Shown one piece after another: positions 20,845-30,684 of a stretch of DNA of 64,000 bases. The notes under the pieces are model-generated. The model was given only the letters and a program-made list of their open reading frames with translations, did not search any database and had not been told where the DNA came from. How positions within the stretch are numbered: the first letter of the stretch is position 1; each line of letters starts with the position of its first letter. The stretch is taken from contig CALUNA010000011.1 in the NCBI GenBank assembly GCA_944321895.1, positions 12,633-76,632 of the forward strand. The letters run 5' to 3'. The stretch is from an uncultured Bacteroidales bacterium (GTDB lineage Bacteria; Bacteroidota; Bacteroidia; Bacteroidales; Paludibacteraceae). The position numbers and the translations under genes were made by a program.

Positions 20845-22143
20845 TCAATGTTCCTGTGCAAACATTCGCAGCCGTTTTTCCAGTTCGTCCATTTGGTCGT
20901 GCCGCACGAATGACACGCAGGCCCGCAAGCCTTGTTTGCTGGTGCTGCCGGTTATGTCCAGCGCGATGGCGCTGATGCCGTAATTCAACAGTTCGACCAG
21001 CAATTCGCCGCTGTCCATGTCCTTGTAGGCTATGGTGAAATAGAACCCGTCGGCCAGACTGTTGCCGTTTTCCGTATATACAAGGTGGAAGCCGTTTTGC
21101 AGGAACAGGCTTTTCATGCGTGCTGCCTTGTGTTCGTAGTCCTTTAGTGCTTCCACGAAATTGAGCCTGCCATCGTTGGCTGCCTTGAGCATGGCGGCAA
21201 GGGCGATCTGTGCCGTGTGCGAGGTACCTGCCGTCGTGGCGTACAACACGCCGTAGGGAATGAAATGTCCGAGCTTGTCCGTTGTGAAGTAGTTCCGCAA
21301 GTTCGGGTAGCTACGCCCGTAAAGTTTCGGGCTTATGATCATCATGGCGATGCGCTGTCCGGCGTAGCTGAATATTTTGGATGCAGACATGAGCAGGATG
21401 TAATTTTCCGTGTAGTGTGCCACGGTGGGTTGGTAGGGCGGAACGCCAGGATGCCCGTAATCATGCCTGAAATCCATGCCGAAGTAGGCAAGGTCTTCAA
21501 TGACCATGACGTCGTATTTCGTGGCCAGCTCGCCGATGATTTGCAGTTCTTCTTCGGTCAGGCAGACCCAGGCCGGATTGTTGGGCGATGAGTAGCTGAT
21601 GCTGCAAATGTCGCCCTGTGACAGGAAACTTTCCAGCCGTTCGCGGAGTTTTTGTCCGCGGCAGTCTATCAGATCGAACGACTTGAACGGACAGCCCAGC
21701 AAGGTGAGCTGTTGTTTCTTTACCGGGAATCCCGGGTCAATGAACAGCGTGCAGGGGCGTTTGGCATCGCTGCGGGCGGCAGCCAGAAATGCAGCGAAAC
21801 AGCCCTGCATGGAACCTACAGTCGGGATACAGCTTTCCGGCGGCACGTCTATGTTCATGAAATTCCGCGCAAAGCGCGCTATTTCCGGTTTCAGGTCGGC
21901 AATGCCTTCTATGTTTGTGTATTGTGATGCGCAGCCCGTGTCCAACGCCTCGCGTTCGGCTTGCAGCCCTATCTCGCAGGCTTGCAGCCCGGGCACACCC
22001 ATTTCCATGTGGATGAACTCGATGCCCGTCTGTTTCTCGATAATGCTCACCAACTTGCCCATTTCGCGGATGGAGAGTTGCCTGATGTCGGTTGCGCCTG
22101 TCTGTTGCAGGGCTTGTGCTACGGTTTCTGGAGAAATGATCAT
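20845..22143 (-). CDS. PLP-dependent aminotransferase, class I/II
   Basis: 432 aa with fold-type-I layout. A SASKIFSYAGQR block contains the putative Schiff-base Lys. The substrate is not assignable from sequence alone. Confidence 0.85.
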   Translation of the reverse strand: MIISPETVAQALQQTGATDIRQLSIREMGKLVSIIEKQTGIEFIHMEMGVPGLQACEIGLQAEREALDTGCASQYTNIEGIADLKPEIARFARNFMNIDVPPESCIPTVGSMQGCFAAFLAAARSDAKRPCTLFIDPGFPVKKQQLTLLGCPFKSFDLIDCRGQKLRERLESFLSQGDICSISYSSPNNPAWVCLTEEELQIIGELATKYDVMVIEDLAYFGMDFRHDYGHPGVPPYQPTVAHYTENYILLMSASKIFSYAGQRIAMMIISPKLYGRSYPNLRNYFTTDKLGHFIPYGVLYATTAGTSHTAQIALAAMLKAANDGRLNFVEALKDYEHKAARMKSLFLQNGFHLVYTENGNSLADGFYFTIAYKDMDSGELLVELLNYGISAIALDITGSTSKQGLRACVSFVRHDQMDELEKRLRMFAQEH

Positions 22144-22152
22144 GTCGTGCGG

Positions 22153-22644
22153 TTAATATACGCCTATCCACTCGTAAGTGTTCTGCGTATGGTTCATGAA
22201 TCGGATAAAATCTTCGCGGCTTATTATCAGCGAGGCCGTATTTTGGCATGGGTGGAAACTCAGCCGTTCGGCCTGTTGCAGGTTCTTGTCAATGAACACG
22301 TGCACGTGGTGTTCCGTGTCGTTTATCAGCCCGAAGGGTGTCACGGAGCCGGGTTGTACGCCCAGATAGCGCATCAGCCGTTCCGGCGAGGCGAAACTCA
22401 GCTTGCCCTGGTGCAGTTGCTTTTCTATGGCGTGTATGTCCATGTTGCAGTCGCAGTCGAGCAGTACCAGATAGTGCCGGTTGCCTTTGTGGTTCCGGAA
22501 AAACAGGTTCTTGCAGTGCTTGGCGTCGTGTCCGGCCCAGTATTGTTTGGCTATTTCTATGGTTGGTGCCGCCGGATGTTCAATATATTCATACGGAATA
22601 TCAAGTTTTTCCAGCAGCCTGTATAATGCAGGGTCTCCGTCCAT
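22153..22644 (-). CDS. YbaK/ProX-like aminoacyl-tRNA deacylase domain protein (prolyl-tRNA synthetase-associated)
   Basis: I prefer the start at MDGDPALYRLLEKLDIPYEYIEHPAAPTIE (cat at 22642-22644); the ORF-track start at 22680 is also possible. The KNLFFRNHKG and GSVTPFGL motifs are typical of the family. Confidence 0.78.
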   Translation of the reverse strand: MDGDPALYRLLEKLDIPYEYIEHPAAPTIEIAKQYWAGHDAKHCKNLFFRNHKGNRHYLVLLDCDCNMDIHAIEKQLHQGKLSFASPERLMRYLGVQPGSVTPFGLINDTEHHVHVFIDKNLQQAERLSFHPCQNTASLIISREDFIRFMNHTQNTYEWIGVY

Positions 22645-22850
22645 GTGTGTCTTTTTAACGATTTGGCAAAGATACGACATAAAACCGGATTTTCATGCAT
22701 CTCCGGCATTTGTCCGTTTTTTGTGGTTTCCAGGGATACGGGGATTTTGTTCCGTTTGTTTGTGCGAATTATTTGAATATGTTAGAAAGTGTTGTATTTG
22801 TATATCGTTGTATCGTGATTTTGGGGGCGTGGAGCAGGCTGTCTCCTGAT

Positions 22851-22901
22851 AAAAGAAATCCGGTAGAATTTGCCGATTTCTCGGAAATTTTACCGGATTC
22901 C
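22851..22901 (-). terminator. Long hairpin downstream of the histone-like gene
   Basis: GAAATCCGGTAGAATTT ... AAATTTTACCGGATTC pairs with 1 mismatch and contains an inner CCGAtttcTCGG. On the minus strand it is followed by CTTTTATC. Confidence 0.5.
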
Positions 22902-22997
22902 TAAACGATTAAAGCAATGCTTTGAATTCATCCTTGTTTTTGCTTGTGTGATTAGCAAAAACATCAATTCCAATGGCTGATCAAGGTCTTTTGAAAT

Positions 22998-23174
22998 TTA
23001 TTTCTTTGATTCTTCCAAGGATGCTTTACGGAACTCTTTCATCAGTTTTTCCAATTCCAATGAAGCCTTGCGGGCACGTGTTCCGGCAGCTTTGTTACCT
23101 TTGCCAGCTTGGAGGGAAGCATCCGTTGAGAATGCATTGTATACCTCCTGAATTTTTGCAATTAAATTTTCCAT
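22998..23174 (-). CDS. Histone H1/Hc1-like small basic DNA-binding protein (58 aa)
   Basis: Absent from the ORF track because it is under 60 aa. My translation is MENLIAKIQEVYNAFSTDASLQAGKGNKAAGTRARKASLELEKLMKEFRKASLEESKK. The GNKAAGTRARK core matches the small proteins annotated as histone H1 in Bacteroidota. Confidence 0.75.
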   Translation of the reverse strand: MENLIAKIQEVYNAFSTDASLQAGKGNKAAGTRARKASLELEKLMKEFRKASLEESKK

Positions 23175-23424
23175 TAATGTGTCATGTATAAATTACAGTG
23201 GCAAAGATAATATAAAATTGGAATATATATTCATATATCTCTCTCTTTTTGTCGCATTTGTTTTTTTTTTAGAATAACATTGTTTCTTTTGTGGGTTATT
23301 TAAGGGATTTTTGAAATTATCGACATAACGACCGGAATGCATATGGGGCCTGTATGCAAGAAACGGTGGAAAGATTTTTTTTCTTGGATATTGTATGCTT
23401 GAAGAAAATCTCTGTCGGGAATAC

Positions 23425-23469
23425 AAAAAAACGAAGGTGACTCAGAATCTGGGTTACCCTCGTTTTTGT
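23425..23469 (-). terminator. Hairpin downstream of thrS
   Basis: ACGAAGGTGAC ... GGTTACCCTCGT pairs with two G-U/mismatch positions and is flanked by an A-run and a T-run. It starts 21 nt past the thrS stop. Confidence 0.5.
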
Positions 23470-23489
23470 TCAGTGGAAACAGGTATGAA

Positions 23490-25430
23490 TCAATATTTAT
23501 TCAACATTTCCTCTACCATATCGTTTATCATTTTTGCAAAATCGGCAACTTTCATGGTGCCTTTGTCGCTTCCTCCCTGCTCACGTACGGCAACTTCGCC
23601 ATTTTCAGCTTCCTTTTCGCCGACAACCAGCATGTAGGGTATGCGTTTCAGTTCGTTGTCTCTGATCTTGCGGCCTATTTTTTCGTTGCGGTCGTCAACA
23701 ATGACACGTATATCCTTGGCTTTCAGGGTTTCTGCCACCTGGTTGGCGTAATCGTTGAATTTTTCGCTGATAGGCAGGACAACAACCTGGTCGGGTGTCA
23801 GCCAGAGCGGGAATTTGCCGGCCGTGTGTTCTATGAGTACGGCAACGAAACGTTCCATACTGCCGAAGGGAGCGCGGTGTATCATTACCGGGCGGTGTTT
23901 TTGGTTGTCCTCGCCGGTATATTCCAGCTCAAAGCGTTCGGGCAGGTTGTAGTCTACCTGGATGGTTCCTAATTGCCAACGGCGCCCGATGGCGTCTTTG
24001 ACCATGAAGTCCAGTTTCGGGCCGTAAAATGCAGCCTCACCCAATTCAACACGGGCGTTCAGGCCTTTTTCCTGGCAGGCCTCCACAATGGCACGTTCGG
24101 CTTTTTCCCAGTTTTCGTCCGAGCCGATGTATTTTTCCTTGTTGTTCGGGTCGCGTAACGAAATCTGGGCTTCAAAATTCTCAAAGTCAAGAGCTTTGAA
24201 AATAATGAAAATAATGTCCATTACTTTCAGGAATTCTTCTTTGAGTTGGTCGGGACGGCAGAACAAATGTGCATCATCTTGTGTGAAGCTGCGCACACGT
24301 GTCAGGCCATGCAGCTCACCGCTCTGTTCATAACGGTAAACGGTGCCGAACTCGGCAAATCGCAACGGCAGGTCTTTGTACGAACGCGGTTTCACTTTGT
24401 AAATCTCGCAGTGGTGCGGACAGTTCATTGGTTTCAGCAGGTATTCCTCGCCTTCTTCGGGCGTGTGGATGGGCTGGAACGAATCTTTTCCGTATTTTGC
24501 ATAGTGTCCGGAGGTGACATACAGTTGTTTGTTTCCGATATGCGGTGTGATGACCTGTTCGTAGCCGAAGCGTCGTTGTATTTTTTTCAGGAAATCTTCC
24601 AGGCGCAGGCGCAGTGCGGTTCCGCGTGGCAGCCAGAGCGGCAATCCTTTTCCGACCGTGTCGGAAAACATGAACAGTTCCAGTTCCTTGCCTATTTTGC
24701 GGTGGTCACGCTTTTTGGCTTCTTCCAGCAGTGCCAGATATTCGTCCAGCATTTTCTTTTTCGGGAAAGTGATGCCGTATATGCGCGTCAGCATGGGGCG
24801 TTTCTCGTCTCCGCGCCAGTATGCTCCTGCTACCGCAGTCAATTTTATGGCCTTGATATCACCTGTGTTCGGCAAGTGCGGCCCGCGGCACAAATCGGTG
24901 AACGCGCCTTGTGTGTAGGTGGTTATGGTTCCGTCTTCCAGGTCGTTTATTAATTCTACTTTATAGGTTTCGCCTCGTTCGCCGAACATTTTCAGTGCGT
25001 CGGTTTTGCTTATTTCGGTGCGGACAAGCGGTTCCTTGCGGGCAGCCAGTTGCTGCATTTTGGCTTCAATGGCAGGCAGGTCGCTTTCCTTGATAACGGC
25101 GTCGCCCGGATCTACATCATAATAGAATCCATTTTCTATGGCCGGACCTATGCCGAACTTGATACCCGGATATAATTCCTGAAGCGCTTCGGCCATCAGG
25201 TGGGCCGATGTGTGCCAGAATGTGTGTTTGCCGGCTTCGTCGTCGAACTTGTGCAGCTTGATGCTGCAGTCTTCTTCAATGGGACGCATCAAGTCGCGTA
25301 TTTCATCATTAACTGTAATGGAAAGCACTTCTTGTGCCAACCGACTGCTGATACTTTCAGCGATTTGCATTCCGGTTACGCCCTTGGCGTATTCGCGGAC
25401 ACTCCCGTCAGGGAAAGTTACTTTAATCAT
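23490..25430 (-). CDS. thrS: Threonine--tRNA ligase
   Basis: 646 aa with a TGS-domain start ([14 protein letters not shown]), the editing-domain HTSAHLMA motif, class II motifs (FRPIHTPEE.., [17 protein letters not shown]), and an anticodon-binding C-terminus. Confidence 0.97.
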   Translation of the reverse strand: MIKVTFPDGSVREYAKGVTGMQIAESISSRLAQEVLSITVNDEIRDLMRPIEEDCSIKLHKFDDEAGKHTFWHTSAHLMAEALQELYPGIKFGIGPAIENGFYYDVDPGDAVIKESDLPAIEAKMQQLAARKEPLVRTEISKTDALKMFGERGETYKVELINDLEDGTITTYTQGAFTDLCRGPHLPNTGDIKAIKLTAVAGAYWRGDEKRPMLTRIYGITFPKKKMLDEYLALLEEAKKRDHRKIGKELELFMFSDTVGKGLPLWLPRGTALRLRLEDFLKKIQRRFGYEQVITPHIGNKQLYVTSGHYAKYGKDSFQPIHTPEEGEEYLLKPMNCPHHCEIYKVKPRSYKDLPLRFAEFGTVYRYEQSGELHGLTRVRSFTQDDAHLFCRPDQLKEEFLKVMDIIFIIFKALDFENFEAQISLRDPNNKEKYIGSDENWEKAERAIVEACQEKGLNARVELGEAAFYGPKLDFMVKDAIGRRWQLGTIQVDYNLPERFELEYTGEDNQKHRPVMIHRAPFGSMERFVAVLIEHTAGKFPLWLTPDQVVVLPISEKFNDYANQVAETLKAKDIRVIVDDRNEKIGRKIRDNELKRIPYMLVVGEKEAENGEVAVREQGGSDKGTMKVADFAKMINDMVEEMLNKY

Positions 25431-25522
25431 AATACCTTACAAATGGTTTTTAAATTCGGGCGCAAAGGTAAGAAAATATACGTTTCCAGCCACAACAAAA
25501 TATTGAATTTCATGTCCCGGAC

Positions 25523-25555
25523 ATAAAAAATATGCCGGACAAACATCCGGCATAT
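25523..25555 (-). terminator. Intrinsic terminator after trxA
   Basis: Perfect 10-bp stem ATATGCCGGA / TCCGGCATAT with a 6-nt loop. On the minus strand it is followed by TTTTTTAT. Confidence 0.7.
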
Positions 25556-25582
25556 CTGATATTCTGTTATTGTGTCAATGTA

Positions 25583-25900
25583 TTAACCGAGCAGTGCATC
25601 GATTTTTTGTGCCAACACGGGCTTGGGGGCTGAACCGACGTGTTTGTCGGCAAGTTGCCCATCCTTGAAGAACAGGATGGTCGGAATGTTGCGGATGCCG
25701 AACCGGGTGCAGGTCTCATCGTTGTCGTCCACGTTCAGTTTGCCGATATTCACTTTGCCATCGTATTCTTTGGCCAGTTCTTCAATGATAGGGCCAATCA
25801 TTTTGCAGGGTCCGCACCAGGGTGCCCAAAAATCCACAACCAGGGGTTTCCCGCTTGACAACAATTCTTGAATATTACTGTCTGTAATTACTAATTCCAT
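25583..25900 (-). CDS. trxA: Thioredoxin
   Basis: 105 aa with active site FWAPWCGPCKM. Confidence 0.96.
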   Translation of the reverse strand: MELVITDSNIQELLSSGKPLVVDFWAPWCGPCKMIGPIIEELAKEYDGKVNIGKLNVDDNDETCTRFGIRNIPTILFFKDGQLADKHVGSAPKPVLAQKIDALLG

Positions 25901-25995
25901 GATTCTGTTTGTTTTATAGATTGTATATTAATTGATTTTCATGTTTCGCAAAGTAATGAAAAAAACACTTATCCGGCAATAATAATTTATGAACA

Positions 25996-27666
25996 TTATT
26001 TTTTCCAGTTGTCCTTGAGCGATGCGGTACGGTTGAAAATCAGATGCCCGGGCGTGCTGTCCTTGTCCACGCAGAAATAGCCGTGTTTCAGGAACTGGAA
26101 GTGCTCCATTGGTGCGGCGTTTTTCAGCGCGCCTTCAATGCGGCATCCGTTTACAATTTTCAGCGAGTCGGGATTCAGCAGTTCGCGGAAGTCCTGGTCG
26201 GATGCAGACGGGTCTTCCACGGCAAACAGACGGTCGTACAGGCGCACTTCGGCCGGTATGCTGGAATTTATTTCTACCCAGTTGATGGTGCTTTTTACTT
26301 TACGGTTTCCGCCTTCTGTGCCGCTTTTGGTTTCCGGATCATATTCGCAGTAGATTTCCTCGATTTCGCCTTGGCTGTTTTTCTTCACACCCGTGCAACG
26401 GATGATGTACGCGCTTTTGAGGCGTACTTCGCGGCCGTTGGGTGTCAGGCGGTAGAAGTCTTTCGGCGCGTCTTCCATAAAGTCGCCCCGCTCAATGTAC
26501 AGCTCGCGGCCGAAAATCATTTCGCGTGTGCCGCCGGCTTCGTTGTCCGGATTGTTTTCCGTTGTCAGCGTTTCCGTCTGGCCTTCCGGATAGTTGGTTA
26601 TGATTAGTTTGACCGGATCCATGATGGCACATACGCGTGTGGCTTTGGGTTTCAGGTCTTCGCGGATGGAATGTTCCAGCAGCCCCAAATCAATGGTTCC
26701 TTCTACTTTCGTATAACCGATTTTGTCAATGAAATTGTGGATTGACTCCGGTGTGTAGCCCCTGCGGCGCAGTCCGCAAATGGTCGGCATGCGCGGGTCG
26801 TCCCAGCCGGCCACGAGTCCTTCGCGTACCAACTGGAGCATTTTGCGCTTGCTCATGACCGTGTAGGTTATGTTCAGACGGTTGAATTCGTATTGGCGCG
26901 GCCGATAGTCGCTGTCCTTGAACTGGTCAATGAACCAGTCGTAGAGCGGCCTGTGCACGACAAATTCCAAGGTGCAGATGGAGTGGGTAACTCCTTCGAA
27001 ATAATCCGACTGCCCGTGCGCGTAGTCGTACATTGGATAGGCTTTCCATTTGAATCCCGTGCGGTGGTGCGGATGCGACGTGATGACCCTGTACATGATC
27101 GGGTCGCGGAAGTGCATGTTCGGATTGGCCATGTCTATTTTGGCGCGTAGCACCATGGCGCCTTCGGGTACTTCGCCGGAATTCATTTTATTGAACAGCT
27201 CCAGGTTTTCTTCTATCGGACGGTTCCGATAAGGGCTTTCAATGCCCGGTTGGGTTGGTGTGCCTTTCTGTTGGGCAATGGTTTCCGCACTTTGCTCGTC
27301 CACATAGGCTTTGCCTTCCTTGATCAGGCGGATAGCCAAATCCCACAATTGCTGGAAATAGTCGGATGCATAATATACGTTGCCCCACTCGTAGCCGAGC
27401 CATTTGATGTCTTCCATGATCGAGTCGACGTATTCCACATCTTCCTTGACGGGGTTTGTGTCATCGAAACGCAGGTTGCAGACACCGTTGTATTTTTGTG
27501 CTATGCCAAAATCCATGCAGATGGCTTTTGCGTGGCCGATATGCAGGTAACCGTTCGGCTCTGGCGGGAAACGTGTCTGTACGCGACCGTTGTTCACTCC
27601 GTTTTTAATGTCTTCTTCTACAATTGCCTCTATGAAATTCAGGCTTTTTTTTGTCGTTTCTTCCAT
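25996..27666 (-). CDS. glnS: Glutamine--tRNA ligase
   Basis: 556 aa with the class I HIGH motif (PEPNGYLHIGHAKA), a KMSKS-like VMSKRK, and GlnRS-type C-terminal beta-barrel domains. Confidence 0.96.
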   Translation of the reverse strand: MEETTKKSLNFIEAIVEEDIKNGVNNGRVQTRFPPEPNGYLHIGHAKAICMDFGIAQKYNGVCNLRFDDTNPVKEDVEYVDSIMEDIKWLGYEWGNVYYASDYFQQLWDLAIRLIKEGKAYVDEQSAETIAQQKGTPTQPGIESPYRNRPIEENLELFNKMNSGEVPEGAMVLRAKIDMANPNMHFRDPIMYRVITSHPHHRTGFKWKAYPMYDYAHGQSDYFEGVTHSICTLEFVVHRPLYDWFIDQFKDSDYRPRQYEFNRLNITYTVMSKRKMLQLVREGLVAGWDDPRMPTICGLRRRGYTPESIHNFIDKIGYTKVEGTIDLGLLEHSIREDLKPKATRVCAIMDPVKLIITNYPEGQTETLTTENNPDNEAGGTREMIFGRELYIERGDFMEDAPKDFYRLTPNGREVRLKSAYIIRCTGVKKNSQGEIEEIYCEYDPETKSGTEGGNRKVKSTINWVEINSSIPAEVRLYDRLFAVEDPSASDQDFRELLNPDSLKIVNGCRIEGALKNAAPMEHFQFLKHGYFCVDKDSTPGHLIFNRTASLKDNWKK

Positions 27667-27751
27667 CTGGTTGTCGTTTTACAAAATATTTGATTTCTGA
27701 TTCAGGAAACCGGTTTCGCCACGGGGCCTGATGGCTGTCTGAAATCGGGCA

Positions 27752-27759
27752 CAAAGATA
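27752..27759 (-). promoter_or_regulatory. Candidate -7 box (TATCTTTG) for glnS
   Basis: The reverse complement of CAAAGATA matches TAnnTTTG, about 86 nt upstream of the glnS ATG. Confidence 0.3.
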
Positions 27760-28161
27760 ATGCAATTCAAGAAATTTCTAAAAAAATAATGTATCTAAAA
27801 ACATCGGTACGGATTACAGCGGGGATGTGTACCGGTTTGTACAAATTGGCATTGCCGCCAAACTATAAATTTTTATCTCCCATAAATAAAAAATGGCATG
27901 CGGAATCGTGCCCAAAATGCAAGGTATGATAAAAAATCCATATTTGTCTATATGTGGTTTTTTTTATTTTCCATTATTTTGCCACCATGAAGTTCTAAAA
28001 TGTTAGTCTGCATTGTTGCGGGAAGCAAGTTGTGTAAGGAAGCCAATAATTTCTTAGACCGTGATAATTTTATATGGAAGCAGAAGATAGTAAAAAAAAG
28101 CGAAGGAGTAAGCCGAAAAGCCTTTTTAAGTGAGTAGGCAAAAATTTAATCCATAATATAT

Positions 28162-28779
28162 ATGAAAAAGCTTATTTTAGTGGTTTTGAGTTGTGCATTT
28201 TTAATGCCAGTGTTTGCACAAGATGATGCAAATGCAAATGATGCCGGTGAGGTTAAAAAGGAAAAGAAAGAGAAGAAGCCATCGAAAGTCGGAAATTTTT
28301 TGCGCCGCGTAGGTGAAAGTGCAACAGGTATCAATATGAGTAATGAGACCTTTGTCGCTATTGCTTTTGAAGCCCAGCAGATGGTTGAATTTGCGGTACA
28401 ATCTTGCACGGGTGATCCTAATACAGGTACCGTTTTGTTAACTTTGACGGCAAAAGCAAAAAAGAATGGTGTTAAAACCAATCTGGGGAAAAGGGTGAAT
28501 AATAGTGATTATGTCACAGCTTATGATGCAAAAGGTGCTACATTTGAAGGTAAAGAAGTTGGAAGCTATACGGAGATAGGGCGGAAAGACAATCCGGCCG
28601 GTGTTCCTGTACAGTACCAGTTTGTTTTCTCAGATGTACCGACGACAGTGGTTCAAATAGAGGTTGTCCAAGTAGAATTCTATATAGACAGCAATGAAAA
28701 CCACATCGGAAGTAACATGTCCAGTGTAGAACCTATGCAAGTGCGCAATATCCCGATTGCATGGGGTGCTTTGGAATAA
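28162..28779 (+). CDS. Secreted hypothetical protein
   Basis: 205 aa with a type-I signal peptide (LSCAFLMPVFAQ/DD), then a K/E-rich linker (EVKKEKKEKKPSK), then a beta-rich body. I recognise no family. Confidence 0.6.
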   Translation: MKKLILVVLSCAFLMPVFAQDDANANDAGEVKKEKKEKKPSKVGNFLRRVGESATGINMSNETFVAIAFEAQQMVEFAVQSCTGDPNTGTVLLTLTAKAKKNGVKTNLGKRVNNSDYVTAYDAKGATFEGKEVGSYTEIGRKDNPAGVPVQYQFVFSDVPTTVVQIEVVQVEFYIDSNENHIGSNMSSVEPMQVRNIPIAWGALE

Positions 28780-28930
28780 GGTAGGTATAATCAATAAATT
28801 ATGGAAAAATAAAAAATGTCTTTATCAGTTTGCAAGAATATGAAGAACTTAAAGACAAAAAATAAGCCGAATATTTTTTGTGCATATGGACAGATTGATA
28901 TTGTAGTTTAATGGTTAGTATTTTTTGCGG

Positions 28931-28967
28931 AACTTACGGTTGTCGGGAGATAACCGTAAGTTTTTTT
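28931..28967 (+). terminator. Intrinsic terminator
   Basis: AACTTACGGTT gtcgggagat AACCGTAAGTT followed by TTTTT. It lies about 150 nt after the stop at 28779. Confidence 0.75.
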
Positions 28968-29061
28968 ACATGCTCCGGATAATCGAACAGCCCGGTTCAG
29001 AAGCTGAGCCAGGTTGTTCGATTTGTGTTTGTCCTCCGAGTTTGGGATAAGAAGGCCTTTC

Positions 29062-30684
29062 CTACATCTGTTTTTTCAGCAGTGCAATTTCGTATGCCTT
29101 ATAGTAGTATTGTATGAAATATTTCCACAAGGCTTTTTTGGATATGTCGGCAGCTTTCCGGCTTATTTGTTCGTGTTGTTTGGCTTTCATGCCGGCATAT
29201 TGCATGAGCATGTCGGCAATTTTTTCCACTACTTCGTGTGTGTTGTAGTCTGAGCGATGGATTACACCGATACCGTTTTCTATGTCCGTGCTGTATTCCG
29301 AAACCCATTGCCCGAATCCGGATAAATCGGTGGTTATGGTTGGAATGTGGAATGCGATACTTTCCAGCGGTGTATAACCCCATGGCTCATAGTAGCTTGG
29401 AAATACGGTTATGTCGAATCCGATCAGGAAATCATAATACGGGCAATTGAAAATGCCGCCGTTCTCACAAATGTATGATGGTACAAAAATGACTTTTACC
29501 TTGTTTTCGGGTTGGTTGAGCAAATGGAACCAGCGCAAGGCAGAAATGACGGGGTCGTGTTGGTAGTCATAAAGTTTGTGTGTGGTAAACTTGTTCCATG
29601 AATCGACTGTCGTGTGGTTGCGCAGGGCTTCCTGTAAACTTCTGCGTGGACCGGAGATGTAAGCCGGTACGGCAATGAAAGCGACTATTTCGCGATTCAG
29701 GTATTGCCTGTCGTTCAGTCGTTTGAGTGCTTCGATAAACACATCGATGCCTTTGTTCTTGTATTCGTAGCGGCCGCTGGTGGCAACGAACAGGGCGTCT
29801 GGTGCAACCTTTTGCCCGATAATGGCTTCTGTTACGGCGCGTATCTTGTCGCGTGCTTGTTTGCGTTTCTCCGTGAACAGTTTTCCTGCGGGTACAAAGT
29901 CGGCTTCAAAGCCGTTGGGCGTAACCACGTCGGCTTTCTTTTCGAGCAGTTGTTCACATTCGCGGTCGGTAATCGTACTTACGGTTGTGAAACAATCGGC
30001 CAGGTGCGCGGCGCGTTTCTCGGTGCTGTGTTTGGAAACCATGTTCAGTTCTTCTGCCATCTGGTCACCGTTGTATTCATGCAAGTAGTCGTAAAGCGGT
30101 TTTTTGTTGCCGGCAATCGAGCGGCCTATCGAGGTGGCGTGCGTGGTGAACAATGTGGCGATGCGCGGTTCGTATTCCTTGACGTAATACAGCCCGAACG
30201 AGGTCATCCATTCGTTGAAATGTGCAATGGTCAGGTTGTTTTTGCTCAAATTGTGATATTTGTAGTAACTCACCATGGCGGCGCCGGCAGCATATCCGAA
30301 CATGGACGATTCATCGTAATCCCCGTATGCGGCAATCGAATTGACGCCGAATCGTTCCCATACGTGCCCGTATATTTCGTTCTTCTGCTGGAAAAAAGAA
30401 TGGAAGTCCACCAGGACGGCAATCGGCTTGCCGGGAATATTCCAGCGGCCTATCCGGAGTTGCAAGCCTTTCTCGGAGGCTGCTTTTTTCCAGCCTTTCA
30501 GCAGGGATGCGGATTCCGTGAAATATGGATTTTCCTTGTCTTGCCAGATGTCTGGTCCGAAAAATATGATTTTGTCCTTGTTCGTTTTTTGGAGTGTCGC
30601 AGCCCTCGTAGACAATACCGTGTAAATTCCTCCTACTTTGTTGCAAACTTCCCAACTTGTTTCAAAAATGTACTCAGGTCGCAT
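29062..30684 (-). CDS. Glycogen/starch synthase, eukaryote-like GT3 family
   Basis: 540 aa with the N-terminus FETSWEVCNKVGGIYTVLSTRA characteristic of GT3 glycogen synthases, and the C-terminal PSYYEPWGYTPLES block. Confidence 0.85.
   Translation of the reverse strand: MRPEYIFETSWEVCNKVGGIYTVLSTRAATLQKTNKDKIIFFGPDIWQDKENPYFTESASLLKGWKKAASEKGLQLRIGRWNIPGKPIAVLVDFHSFFQQKNEIYGHVWERFGVNSIAAYGDYDESSMFGYAAGAAMVSYYKYHNLSKNNLTIAHFNEWMTSFGLYYVKEYEPRIATLFTTHATSIGRSIAGNKKPLYDYLHEYNGDQMAEELNMVSKHSTEKRAAHLADCFTTVSTITDRECEQLLEKKADVVTPNGFEADFVPAGKLFTEKRKQARDKIRAVTEAIIGQKVAPDALFVATSGRYEYKNKGIDVFIEALKRLNDRQYLNREIVAFIAVPAYISGPRRSLQEALRNHTTVDSWNKFTTHKLYDYQHDPVISALRWFHLLNQPENKVKVIFVPSYICENGGIFNCPYYDFLIGFDITVFPSYYEPWGYTPLESIAFHIPTITTDLSGFGQWVSEYSTDIENGIGVIHRSDYNTHEVVEKIADMLMQYAGMKAKQHEQISRKAADISKKALWKYFIQYYYKAYEIALLKKQM

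Noticed and set aside
22973-23191. 72-aa plus-strand ORF in the thrS/ProX intergenic region
   Set aside because: The opposite strand encodes a 58-aa peptide with a clear histone-H1-like signature, its own start, and downstream hairpins. The plus-strand ORF has no features.
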